DNA of 64,000 nt from Myxococcota bacterium. Its GTDB lineage: Bacteria; Myxococcota_A; UBA796; GCA-2862545. Of this stretch, positions 48,801 through 56,709 are shown piece after piece. The stretch is taken from assembly GCA_039208735.1 (NCBI GenBank), contig JBCCQY010000035.1:1-64000 (forward strand), written 5' to 3'. Within the stretch, counting starts at the first letter, position 1; each line of letters opens with the position of its first letter. The notes under the pieces are model-generated. The model saw only the letters and a list, made by a program, of their open reading frames with translations, had not been told where the DNA came from and did not search any database. The translations under genes were made by a program, and so were the position numbers.

Positions 48801-49083
48801 AGCGTCGCGCCGCCAACTCCCGAGCGGTCCTCCCAAGCCAGGGTCGGCCGTCTCCGAAACGACGCCAAAGAAAGGCCGCAAGGGCATCGGCCGCCCAGGT
48901 CTCGGGGAGGATCGCCCCCTGCGTAGTCCCCTCAAGAGCACGCACCCAGTCGGATGGGCGCTGGGGAGCGTCCACGACCACCAACCAGCCCGGCCGCACG
49001 CCAGCGGGCTCTTGGGCCATCGCAAGCTGCTGAATGGCCGCCACCCGGCGCGCCCGGGACCGTCCGAACACGACGAAGATCAT
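45841..49083 (-). CDS. addB: AddB-like inactive helicase-fold protein with Fe-S-type PD-(D/E)XK nuclease (copy 2)
   Basis: No intact Walker A; SVTALEGYLKCPQRY, GTALH, GVLDRLD..VTDYKTG, Q..AY and CRTCPHARSC. Confidence 0.82.
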   Translation of the reverse strand: MIFVVFGRSRARRVAAIQQLAMAQEPAGVRPGWLVVVDAPQRPSDWVRALEGTTQGAILPETWAADALAAFLWRRFGDGRPWLGRTARELAARRWLRDHAHAYPSLARIRQGPELARHLASVDDALGQQRVVQMGDSELDTIVKALRQSHPAAFVRPAEATVRLMERLESPSPALRRWLAARPVLVLDDLLQPTPLRGAWLVSLARAASDAGSTVVVTLASGRDHGGREAGVLLGWDTADEALREASRVVAAQAPVRQALFGLVESGELEVICQTPDGGMAIEPWTEPGPPGPRDLADAYADGQPVPIVSPVQAQRWLGEGRVTLLRCSDPEDEATEAARAIQHALLDGIEPAQVVLAVADLARQRAVVEETLTAHGVPFTVPRPLIETPLGQIVLRLLDVGRPDPDPDRLCALADAVRVPLPLDPRRLRRWLLRAGLQPGAVETWRPGLTRWLTRNRMQTGGDPDDPEGPLSISFGGLKALHDAAMAIAADGRPHRLGRALLATLERLGAFTSDDVDRMQVQAAVVRTIETFATDLATIDPGPWPLEEIHEHIRDRFERTRVPGHADAVARVEVIDASEAIGRQAKLLWIMGLSRGHFPDRPPVAFLVQPSWRRRLARDPVTRARHGFAGWLRDTIDPVQAEVGGRIGRLVLSWPLTRGGRAVPPSAVLADLLDLPTSDGQLESIAVTTPERAARRRADGPASVVDTLDRAAAEAMARSGDDTPWRDALPPSVQDDFEVALRVERARQGPWGPYDGMLASPPRAPRTLSVTALEGYLKCPQRYWFDRVLRLSPPDAWAPELEPRRKGTALHSILEQFFERRGLRPVTGGDREALGRDLHAVACEVLDEIERQGGFDPAYQAYARQRWLAGLIDDAPAGILKAWLDLEIDADDGRRPVAVEAPFDDLEVGPVRIRGVLDRLDRLPDGSLIVTDYKTGTPPTRGSVAEGRSLQPYAYAEAASRKFPDAPVASTFLSLARPDRIARSGWVGDPGVLDQACGPGERRFALPVDARERRQVLQWAGDQARGLLAGTFVPTRIGPVKAGCRTCPHARSCRVDHARQAERVAAEEAAAAQGSGGES

Positions 49084-49177
49084 GTCCGCCAGGTACCTTC
49101 CGATCCGGACAGTTCTGGTCCGCGACGTTCCCTGCCTTGCCGCTCCGGAGCGCTACGGTTACGCCGTGCAGGTTCAT

Positions 49178-49251
49178 CGGGGTGTAGCGCAGCCTGGTAG
49201 CGCACCAGACTGGGGGTCTGGTGGTCGCTGGTTCGAATCCAGTCACCCCGA
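49178..49251 (+). tRNA. tRNA-Pro (anticodon GGG); CCA not encoded
   Basis: CGGGGTG/CACCCCG acceptor stem, D-arm AGCGCAGCCTGGTAGCGC, anticodon arm CCAGA-CTGGGGG-TCTGG and T-arm GGTTCGAATCC. Confidence 0.96.
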
Positions 49252-49258
49252 TCACTTC

Positions 49259-49300
49259 AAGACCCGTTGGGGACCTTCCTCAACGGGTCTTTTTGCGTTT
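49259..49300 (+). terminator. Intrinsic terminator after the tRNA, possibly bidirectional
   Basis: AAGACCCGTTG...CAACGGGTCTT inverted repeat followed by TTT..TTTT; overlaps the 3' end of the convergent cytochrome gene. Confidence 0.8.
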
Positions 49301-50860
49301 TGGCGTCGATCGTCGCCCGGTCGCGAACAAGCCGAGGAGCCCCAGCCACAGTGCGATCGGCGTCCCCTGGTCACACCCACAACCCGGGTTGGGCACCACC
49401 GGATCCACAACGTCGATGGGACGTGGCAGCACCTCAAAGGTCGCCTCCGCTCGCGCGACCTCATCGGGAGGACAGCGATCGTAGGTCTCCCAAAGGTCGT
49501 ACAACACCGTGCCACGGTCGTCGGTGACGTTGACATCCCGTAGAAACGTCACGAAGTCCTTGGTCGTGGTCTGGTACCAGAGGGTCGCCGTCACGGTGAC
49601 CGGCCCTGTCGCGCCTTCGGGCATCTGAATCACGTAGGGCGCGTCGTCAATGTGGGAGAGCGTTCCATCGGGTCGTGTCGCATAGGTACGGCCGACGGGC
49701 TCAGTGGCCGACGAGGGCCGGAACCCCCGCGGAGGGATTCGGGTGTCTTCAAGCAGCTGGTCCTGGGTCACCATGTGGTAGCTCTGCACACCGTTCGACC
49801 CCAACAGCGCCTGGTAGGTGCGCAACTGATCGTCGACCTGCAGCTCCGCCGTGTCGAGGTCGTAGGCACCCGAGTGGAGGAGGCGGTTGCCGGCCGCGTC
49901 GTCGATCGTCACCTCAAGCCACGCCCGACGGCCTTCGGGGTAGCCCGAGGGCAGCTTGTGGCCGGTTCGGTTCTCGACCGCGACGATCCATTCCGTGCGC
50001 TGGCCCTCCATGGGCGTACCCACAGGCATAATCGTGATGGTGGCCGCTTCGTGGTGCAGCTCCCGTGCCGCCGCCGCGGTCTCGCGCAACGACGCTGCGC
50101 GGTCTGGATCGGTTGCCGTCGCAGCCAACACCTCAGGGACCCATGCGTTGCCACCAACGAAGCGGTGCTCGTGCAGCGTGCGCGGCTCCAGTCCCGAGTT
50201 GCTCGCCGCATAGCCCTTCACCACCTTCATGTGGCAATCCTGGCAGTGAACGCCCTCTTGAACGAAGGCGCTCTGAGACCATTCGGTCCACGTCAACTCG
50301 ATGGGAAAGTCGTCGAGCGCGGGATTGCTGACCTCGTGACACACGCCACACAGGTCGCTGCTCGCTTGCAGCGGGTCGTAGGTGACGGCATGGGTGGCGT
50401 CATTCGAGCCCAGCAGTCCGCGTTTGCTGGGGTCGTTGTCGTAGGTGTACTGGGCGTTGCTGATGAAGAGGCCACCATCGACTTCCGTCATGCGATGGCA
50501 CGCGTCGCAGGACACCCCCGAAGCAAGGTCGGACGCGGTGAGAGCCGATCCATCCCCCGGCAGACATCGTCCTTCGAGCCAGGCGTTGGGCGTGTGGCAG
50601 CGCAGGCAGAACTCGCCGGAACCCGGGGAGTCTTGTTCGGCCACCGTCAGTGCGGCAAGAAAGACCGGGTCGACCACAGCATTGGCCATCAGTGTGCCAC
50701 GCCACGCATCGAACGTCGCTGCTTCGTACCCACCGTGGCAGACGGCACAGGATTGGGCCGAATCCAAAGGCACCTGAAGTTCGTGGGGTTGGGTGCCATC
50801 CAGTACGAATGGCCCATTCGCGGAAGCGATGGCCGACCAAATCCACACGAAAACCGACAT
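49280..50860 (-). CDS. Pentaheme c-type cytochrome with a MYXO-CTERM-like C-terminal anchor
   Basis: CAVCH, CLRCH, CDACH, CGVCH and CQDCH; GHKLPSG motif; tail GCGC..hydrophobic..RR; short signal from ATG 50860. Confidence 0.85.
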   Translation of the reverse strand: MSVFVWIWSAIASANGPFVLDGTQPHELQVPLDSAQSCAVCHGGYEAATFDAWRGTLMANAVVDPVFLAALTVAEQDSPGSGEFCLRCHTPNAWLEGRCLPGDGSALTASDLASGVSCDACHRMTEVDGGLFISNAQYTYDNDPSKRGLLGSNDATHAVTYDPLQASSDLCGVCHEVSNPALDDFPIELTWTEWSQSAFVQEGVHCQDCHMKVVKGYAASNSGLEPRTLHEHRFVGGNAWVPEVLAATATDPDRAASLRETAAAARELHHEAATITIMPVGTPMEGQRTEWIVAVENRTGHKLPSGYPEGRRAWLEVTIDDAAGNRLLHSGAYDLDTAELQVDDQLRTYQALLGSNGVQSYHMVTQDQLLEDTRIPPRGFRPSSATEPVGRTYATRPDGTLSHIDDAPYVIQMPEGATGPVTVTATLWYQTTTKDFVTFLRDVNVTDDRGTVLYDLWETYDRCPPDEVARAEATFEVLPRPIDVVDPVVPNPGCGCDQGTPIALWLGLLGLFATGRRSTPKRKKTR

Positions 50861-51059
50861 TGCACCCCCAAGTGCGTCCGGCGGGCGTTTAACGCACACC
50901 GCGAATCTAAAGCAAGCCAACTGCGATGCACATGTGATGCCAAGCCCTGCCGCATCGTTGAGCTTGGACGTCGGCGACGGGGTCGGATCTTTTTGGAGGC
51001 CGGGCGTTACGGGACGGATGTGCGTGAAGGGACTTCGCGGGCGCAACAAGGAGGCGGAG

Positions 51060-52199
51060 TTGGCGCGGATTCGGGGGCTGGACACCCGACACGGCAGGAT
51101 TCGACTCCCCAACTTCCTTCCCGACGCTACGCGCGGCACCATCCGCAACGTCCCGAGCCACTGGCTTCACGAAGCCGGGGTCGAAGTCCTCATGACCAAC
51201 GCCTACCACCTGGCCGAACGACCAGGAGCCGATGCGATTGGTTCGATGGGTGGCTTGCACGAGTTCATGGGCTTTGACCGCCCCATCGCCACCGATTCCG
51301 GCGGGTTCCAACTGTGGTCGCTAGCCCGAGAGCGCCGAGGCAAGGTCAACGACAAAGGGTTCGTCACCACACCGTCCAAGGGCAACCGGCGGGTCTATAC
51401 GCCCGAGCGGGCCATGCAAGCCCAGCTCAAGCTTGGCTCCGACATTGCGTTTTGCCTCGACGAGTGCACCCACCCCAAAGATGCTCTGGAGGTCCAAGAG
51501 CGCTCGGTCAAGCGGACCGTTCGCTGGGCCAAACAGTGCAAGCAGGTGCTGGAGCGGCGCGCTCCCGAGGACCGTCCGTTGCTGTATGGCGTCATTCAGG
51601 GCGGACAAAGCGAGGCCTTGCGACGCCAATGCGTCGAGCAGATGGTGGACATCGGCTTCGACGGCTACGGCTTTGGTGGCGTTCCCTTCGATCAGGGTGG
51701 CCAGCACCTCGTCGATGAGGTGTACCTGGTCGCGGAGTTGCTCCCTCCTGACAAGCCTCGCCACGCCTTGGGCGTCGGGCGTCCTGACAGCGTGCTCGCG
51801 GCCTGGCGTGCGGGATGGCACACCTTCGATTCTGTCGCCCCCACCCGCGAAGCGAGGCGGGGGCTGATCTACGTTCCGCTGGTCGATCTCGACGATCCGC
51901 ACGAGGTCTACCACAGCGACCATGTCTTCGAATACCTCGATGCCTCGTCCCCCAAAGCCTGGCGGGACCGTACCCCCATCGATGAAACCTGCCCGTGTCC
52001 GCTTTGCCAGAACTACTCGAGGGGCTACCTCGCCCACCTCTTCCGCACCGAAGACCCCGTCGCGGGAACCCTCGCCACCTTGCACAACCTCACGTTCTTG
52101 CACCGACTGGTGGCCACGCTTCGCCGGATCGAAGACCGCATCTCGACGCCGCAAGGCCCCGAGACCGAGGCTCCGTTGCCGTTGGCCGATGGCGGTTGA
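51060..52199 (+). CDS. tgt: tRNA-guanine transglycosylase
   Basis: NAYHL, TDSGGFQ, LDEC, GVIQGG, FDSVAPTR and CPCPLC...HN Zn site; TTG start after AAGGAGG. Confidence 0.88.
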   Translation: MARIRGLDTRHGRIRLPNFLPDATRGTIRNVPSHWLHEAGVEVLMTNAYHLAERPGADAIGSMGGLHEFMGFDRPIATDSGGFQLWSLARERRGKVNDKGFVTTPSKGNRRVYTPERAMQAQLKLGSDIAFCLDECTHPKDALEVQERSVKRTVRWAKQCKQVLERRAPEDRPLLYGVIQGGQSEALRRQCVEQMVDIGFDGYGFGGVPFDQGGQHLVDEVYLVAELLPPDKPRHALGVGRPDSVLAAWRAGWHTFDSVAPTREARRGLIYVPLVDLDDPHEVYHSDHVFEYLDASSPKAWRDRTPIDETCPCPLCQNYSRGYLAHLFRTEDPVAGTLATLHNLTFLHRLVATLRRIEDRISTPQGPETEAPLPLADGG

Positions 52200-52971
52200 C
52201 CGCGACCGGCTCGTCAGCGAACTGCGCAAAAGTCGCAAATACCGTCACCTTTGCGATGACATCCTTCTGTGGGCGGCCACGTTGGCGGCGGAGCGACAGC
52301 CCCACGACCGGACGGCCCTGAAGTTCGCCAAGCGCAAGCTGCATCAGGCGTTCGGCTCATTCGTCGAGGACCGCAAGCGACTGATGGGGGCGCTGGCGCG
52401 TGCAGCAGCCGCGGAGACCGACTCGGCGTTCATGGAAGCCCTTACCGACGCCATCGCGGCTCACGCGTCCACCGCCGAGCGGCTGGAGGATCCGGGTGGC
52501 CTTTGGCGGTGCGTCCAAAGTGTCGCAGGTCCGAACCCCCGTCTCCTCGATTTGGGATGCGGGATTGCCGCGGCGACCTTGCCCTGGTCCGGCTGGCCCG
52601 CTGACCTTCACTACGTGGGCATCGACCTGGACGCGGAAGTCGCGTCAGCGCTGCAGGGCGCTCTCGATGCGCATTACCCCAAGGTTTGCCTCGAAACGGG
52701 CGATGTTCGACAGCCTCAGAACTGGCCAGAGGCCGACGTGGTCATCCTTGCCAAGCTCCTGCCCACGCTCGAGCGACAGCAGCCTGGCGCAGCCGCCCAG
52801 CTTGTGCGCCAGCTCGATGCACCCGTTGTGATCGCGACGTTCCCCATCCGCTCACTCGGGGGTCACGACCGGGGCATGTTGGAGCAGTACACCGCGCTGG
52901 CCGACACCGTGCTAGGCCCCGGCGTTACCGAGGTCGTTCCTGGCGAACTCATCCGAATCGTTAGGCGATAG
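52189..52971 (+). CDS. 16S rRNA m7G1405 methyltransferase family protein (ArmA/Rmt/Sgm, FmrO-like)
   Basis: KYR, KRKLHQAFGSF, HASTAERL, LDLGCG, KLLPTLERQQ and FPIRSLGG..RGM...Y motifs; ATG 52189 overlaps the tgt end. Confidence 0.8.
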   Translation: MAVDRDRLVSELRKSRKYRHLCDDILLWAATLAAERQPHDRTALKFAKRKLHQAFGSFVEDRKRLMGALARAAAAETDSAFMEALTDAIAAHASTAERLEDPGGLWRCVQSVAGPNPRLLDLGCGIAAATLPWSGWPADLHYVGIDLDAEVASALQGALDAHYPKVCLETGDVRQPQNWPEADVVILAKLLPTLERQQPGAAAQLVRQLDAPVVIATFPIRSLGGHDRGMLEQYTALADTVLGPGVTEVVPGELIRIVRR

Positions 52972-53587
52972 GCTTCGTGATGCGCCCAACGATGTAGTAG
53001 CGACGGGGTCCGTACTTGATGCTGCCCCCGCGGTCGAGGATGGGCTGTGGGTCGAGTGGGGTCACGTGGAACCACTTGAGCCAAGTGCGCAGTCCGAAGC
53101 TTCCAAACCGCGGAAGTCCTTCAAGATCGGCAAAGTCCACAACAACGACCTCTCCGCCCGGCGCCAAGGACGCATAGGCATTGTCGAGCGCCGCTCCGAC
53201 GTCGGTGACCATCGACAGGCAGTAGCTGAAGAGGATCCGGTCGATCGGCTGCGACAACAGCTCGCCGTATTCCGCCGTTTCCGCGAAACCCTGGAGCATC
53301 TTGACCTTGGGCAGACGCGTCTTGGCGTGCTCGAGCATTTCGTCGCAGGGCTCGACGCCCCCCAACTGGGCCGTGGGGCGGCGCTGGAGGATCTTCTTGA
53401 GGTTGCGACCCGTTCCGGGACCGATCTCGACGAGCGTGTTCCACTTCTCGGTGGCGAGTTCGTCGATGACCTGGTCGCGACCAAAAAGGTAGTACTTCCT
53501 GGACAAGTCGTAGACGTGACGGGTGAACCGGTAGCTCCGATTGAGGAACTTCCGGTGCGAAGCGAGGTCTTCTTCGACCTGCGACAT
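52961..53587 (-). CDS. btaB: BtaB-like SAM-dependent methyltransferase (betaine lipid synthesis)
   Basis: YRFTRHVYDLSRKYYLFGRD, EIGPGTGRN, FSYCLSM, VVDF and WLKWFHV; TGATG-coupled to btaA. Confidence 0.82.
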   Translation of the reverse strand: MSQVEEDLASHRKFLNRSYRFTRHVYDLSRKYYLFGRDQVIDELATEKWNTLVEIGPGTGRNLKKILQRRPTAQLGGVEPCDEMLEHAKTRLPKVKMLQGFAETAEYGELLSQPIDRILFSYCLSMVTDVGAALDNAYASLAPGGEVVVVDFADLEGLPRFGSFGLRTWLKWFHVTPLDPQPILDRGGSIKYGPRRYYIVGRITKPIA

Positions 53588-54705
53588 CAAGCCTCCAACC
53601 GGTAGAAGTTGACTTGTCGGTACTGGCGGCTGCGATCCGCCTGGGAGGCTTCGGCCGAGCATTCGAGCTTGCGCAGGAACTTGTCGGCACCCGCCGCCTC
53701 GACGGGGTCGGTCTCTTCCACGGAACGAAGCAGCACAACCGCTCCCGGACGCGCGGTGCGGCGAATCTCGGAAAAGAGCTTCTGCTGCACGGGCAGAGGC
53801 ATCCAGTCGATGGCGTCGCAAAGCGAGTAGTGCGTCCACGTGTTTTCCGTGGCCTGCGCCATACGCTCGAAGAAGTTGCCGTTGTAGAAGTGCACCCGAG
53901 TGGGGGCTTCCACGCTGCGCTCCCAGCGGTCCTTGCGGAGGTAAGGGGGTGCACAGTCCGGCGACTCGTGGTTGAACGACCCCGCCGCGGCGTACCAGAA
54001 GAACCAGTTGTTCCAAAGGTCGGGGTCCTGCACCACGCGCGAGAGGTGCGTGATGAAGAAGTCGGCCATCGTGGATTGCTCGGTTTCGAGCAGACGGTCG
54101 CGCTGCTGGAAGTTGATGCCGAGGGCCACAAGCTGCAGGGGCGATTGAAGCACAAACCGCGTAAGCGGGGTGTCAACCTGCATGATGGTCTCGTAGAAGA
54201 GGTCGAGTCGCTCCTTTTCGGGCAACGCACACATGCGGCGCGTCCAAGACAGGCCGATGCCAGCCCGCTTGCGAACTGCCGCGAGCATGCGTGCCGTCAA
54301 GCCGGTTTGGTACCACGACTTCGCAAACCGCTTGTAGCCGCGGCGCCAATACGACGCAGCCCAGGCGGGCATGTAGTGCGTCAATGGCTCGATCTGGTGG
54401 CGGGGGTCATGCGACCAACCCCGACCCAACAGATCGTAGAAGTCGTCGTAGTGCTTCATGTTTTGGGCCGCCGCGCACTTTAGCGCCGTGATGGCGAGGT
54501 GGTGACGGTTGATGTCGACGGCGTCGATCGAGTGGGGCTGCTTGGACAGCATCCCGGCGACGCCGCAACCGGCGCCGGTGATCGTCAACACGCGGGATTC
54601 AGGGTTCAAGCCCAGGTGTTGCTCATCGACTTCCGCATCCTCGAACAGGATGTTGTAGGCGTACGTCCGGGAAAAGACGCGCTGGAAGGTGTCGTCGCGT
54701 AGCAC
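53587..54705 (-). CDS. btaA: BtaA-like SAM:diacylglycerol 3-amino-3-carboxypropyl transferase (DUF3419)
   Basis: YNILFEDAEVD, ITGAGCG, IDAVDIN..H, NWF, PPYL and LCDAIDWM; start GTG 54705 (or TTG 54708). Confidence 0.82.
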   Translation of the reverse strand: MLRDDTFQRVFSRTYAYNILFEDAEVDEQHLGLNPESRVLTITGAGCGVAGMLSKQPHSIDAVDINRHHLAITALKCAAAQNMKHYDDFYDLLGRGWSHDPRHQIEPLTHYMPAWAASYWRRGYKRFAKSWYQTGLTARMLAAVRKRAGIGLSWTRRMCALPEKERLDLFYETIMQVDTPLTRFVLQSPLQLVALGINFQQRDRLLETEQSTMADFFITHLSRVVQDPDLWNNWFFWYAAAGSFNHESPDCAPPYLRKDRWERSVEAPTRVHFYNGNFFERMAQATENTWTHYSLCDAIDWMPLPVQQKLFSEIRRTARPGAVVLLRSVEETDPVEAAGADKFLRKLECSAEASQADRSRQYRQVNFYRLEA

Positions 54706-54926
54706 CAAGGGGGCTCTCCGGGTGGTGGTGGACGTCAAGCGACCGCGGGGGGCGCCTGGATGGGCGAGAGTGTCACGTCGTGGTCGACGAAGCCGACCTC
54801 CGTAACGAAACTGACACAATCGGCCAAGGCCAGACAAGGGCGCCTTGCCCAATCTTCATAAATACTGATTAGTCAGAATCGAATTCGATCAAGCAGCCGA
54901 ATCTGTAATCCACGAGATCATCGGAT

Positions 54927-56705
54927 TCAGTCCGGCCGTTGAATGCGTTCGAGCCAGACTTTTCGGAGCTCTTCGACTTGAGGATCCTCGGATCGCAATG
55001 CCTCGCGGGCCAACTCCGAGACCGGAATCATCATCTCGGTCGGCGTCCAGCGCAAGGGATCGCCATCGATGATCGGCCATCCTTGTTCATGGAGCGCAGC
55101 TGAAGCCTCCACCAAGGGCACATTCCGGAGCCCTTCGACCAGCGCCCGAAAGCGCCCGCGCAGCTCGGGGTCCAGCACCACGAAGTGGCGTCGAGCCATC
55201 CATGCGATGTGGTAAAATGCTGGAATAAACGCCACTCCGTCCAAGCCTAGGCGCTCGCCCGCCCGAATGAGCAGCTGGGTCGTTTCTTCCCCCAGGCCCA
55301 GTCCAGGCCGCTGCTGGCCCGGCAATCGAGGGCGGGTGGAGGAGAAGGTGACGCGAGGATCCTGCAGCTCGAGCCAGTCGATGAAGAGGACCTGGTAGGT
55401 TCGCAGACGTCGAATTCTGCAGATGAGGTCGAAGAGTGGCTGGGCCTCGCCTTCGACCTCAGCCGTGATGCGAATGTGGTCACGACCTTGATCGTGCGTG
55501 ACCTCGATGCGGAGGCTTTCGAACCCCATGCGTTCGAGCAGGGGCCAGTACCCGTAGGCATTCAGTGCGTATTCAAGCCCATGGCGGGTGTAGAACCCGA
55601 GCACCCGGTCGACCGGTCGGGGGGCCACCGAGAGGTTCCCAAACAGCTCCGCTTCGGTGATGAGCACATCCTGATCGTCGTCATTGAGCTGACTGGGATC
55701 GAGGGTCCGCATGATCTCACGCGTGCGCCGCTTTACGGGGTCGTACGACGCAGCAATGGGCCACGAGACTCCCGCAACCTCCGCGATGGTGCCCGCATGG
55801 ACTCGCCAGGAACCCATGCGGTACCCCCCACCGGGCAGCACGACCGTCGGCACGTCTCCCAGCATGCGTAGCACCCGCCGGTCTCGAACCCGCATCCCTT
55901 CTTCGGAGACGGCCAAACCGCCGAGGGGGTCGCCCTCGAGTGGATCTGCACCCGCCAGGTAGAACGCCAACACGGGCTTCTCGGGAAGACGTTTGAGCAG
56001 CTCCCGAACCGCTTCGAGGTAGGGCACGGTGTCGGTTCCTGGGGGTACACGGGCATCCACGACGGTGGTGACGCCGCCGCTTTCCACCGCCCATTCGGAC
56101 GCGACGGACAACGACAGGACCGTCAGCTCGGGATCGTCGGGCAGCGCTTCGACAATCCCATCCGGAGGATGGGCATCGAGGTCAATGATGGCGATGGGTC
56201 CCGTCGTGCCCTGCGCCCGAACCTCGGCCACGGCAATCGCAATGTCGTTCAGCGCGCAGAACCCGGCCCCTCGCGACGGGGCCGCATGATGGAACCCTCC
56301 CAGTAAGTTGACCGCCCGACCACCGGCCTCAAGCGCCCATTGAGCCGCCTCGACGGTTCCGCCGGCGGCCCGACGCCACGTCTCAAGCAGGGCCCCGACT
56401 GTCGTGGTCTCGGGGTCGGTGCCCACGATGCTCGCGACGGTGTCGCGCTGATCGAGCTTGCCGAGGTAGTCCGGCGTATGGACCCGTTCCGCAGTGGAAA
56501 AGGCGAGTTCTCTTGGCTCAGCAACTTCCTGGCCGTCGACCACCCCGAGATGCAGCGCCCAGGTCAGGGCGTCCTCCGCGCGACGGGGCGACATCGTAGG
56601 CGACAGGTGGCCGACGGGGACCGGCCACCGGTAGCTCGGATGAAAGTAGACGCGAAGGGGGCGACCCAGCGATCGTCTCCACCAGCGTCGGAATGCTGGC
56701 ATCAC
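54927..56705 (-). CDS. Zn-dependent histone deacetylase-family (AcuC-like) protein with an extra C-terminal domain
   Basis: RVHTPDY, GGFHHA, GFCALND, IDLDAH.PDG, AGAD...D.LG and GGGY; about 270 aa C-terminal domain containing LPGQQRPGLGLG. Confidence 0.85.
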   Translation of the reverse strand: MMPAFRRWWRRSLGRPLRVYFHPSYRWPVPVGHLSPTMSPRRAEDALTWALHLGVVDGQEVAEPRELAFSTAERVHTPDYLGKLDQRDTVASIVGTDPETTTVGALLETWRRAAGGTVEAAQWALEAGGRAVNLLGGFHHAAPSRGAGFCALNDIAIAVAEVRAQGTTGPIAIIDLDAHPPDGIVEALPDDPELTVLSLSVASEWAVESGGVTTVVDARVPPGTDTVPYLEAVRELLKRLPEKPVLAFYLAGADPLEGDPLGGLAVSEEGMRVRDRRVLRMLGDVPTVVLPGGGYRMGSWRVHAGTIAEVAGVSWPIAASYDPVKRRTREIMRTLDPSQLNDDDQDVLITEAELFGNLSVAPRPVDRVLGFYTRHGLEYALNAYGYWPLLERMGFESLRIEVTHDQGRDHIRITAEVEGEAQPLFDLICRIRRLRTYQVLFIDWLELQDPRVTFSSTRPRLPGQQRPGLGLGEETTQLLIRAGERLGLDGVAFIPAFYHIAWMARRHFVVLDPELRGRFRALVEGLRNVPLVEASAALHEQGWPIIDGDPLRWTPTEMMIPVSELAREALRSEDPQVEELRKVWLERIQRPD

Positions 56706-56709
56706 AGGG

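Noticed and set aside
47386..49200. Long + strand ORFs such as 47386-49200, 14030-15589, 42278-43885, 49652-51277 and 10945-12318
   Set aside because: They lie antisense to well-supported genes, have no motifs and are expected in high-GC DNA.
49178..49300. tRNA-Pro as an integration site for an island carrying addAB copy 2
   Set aside because: No integrase, no duplicated tRNA 3' end seen and no obvious compositional shift; addAB-2 lies on the 5' side of the tRNA.
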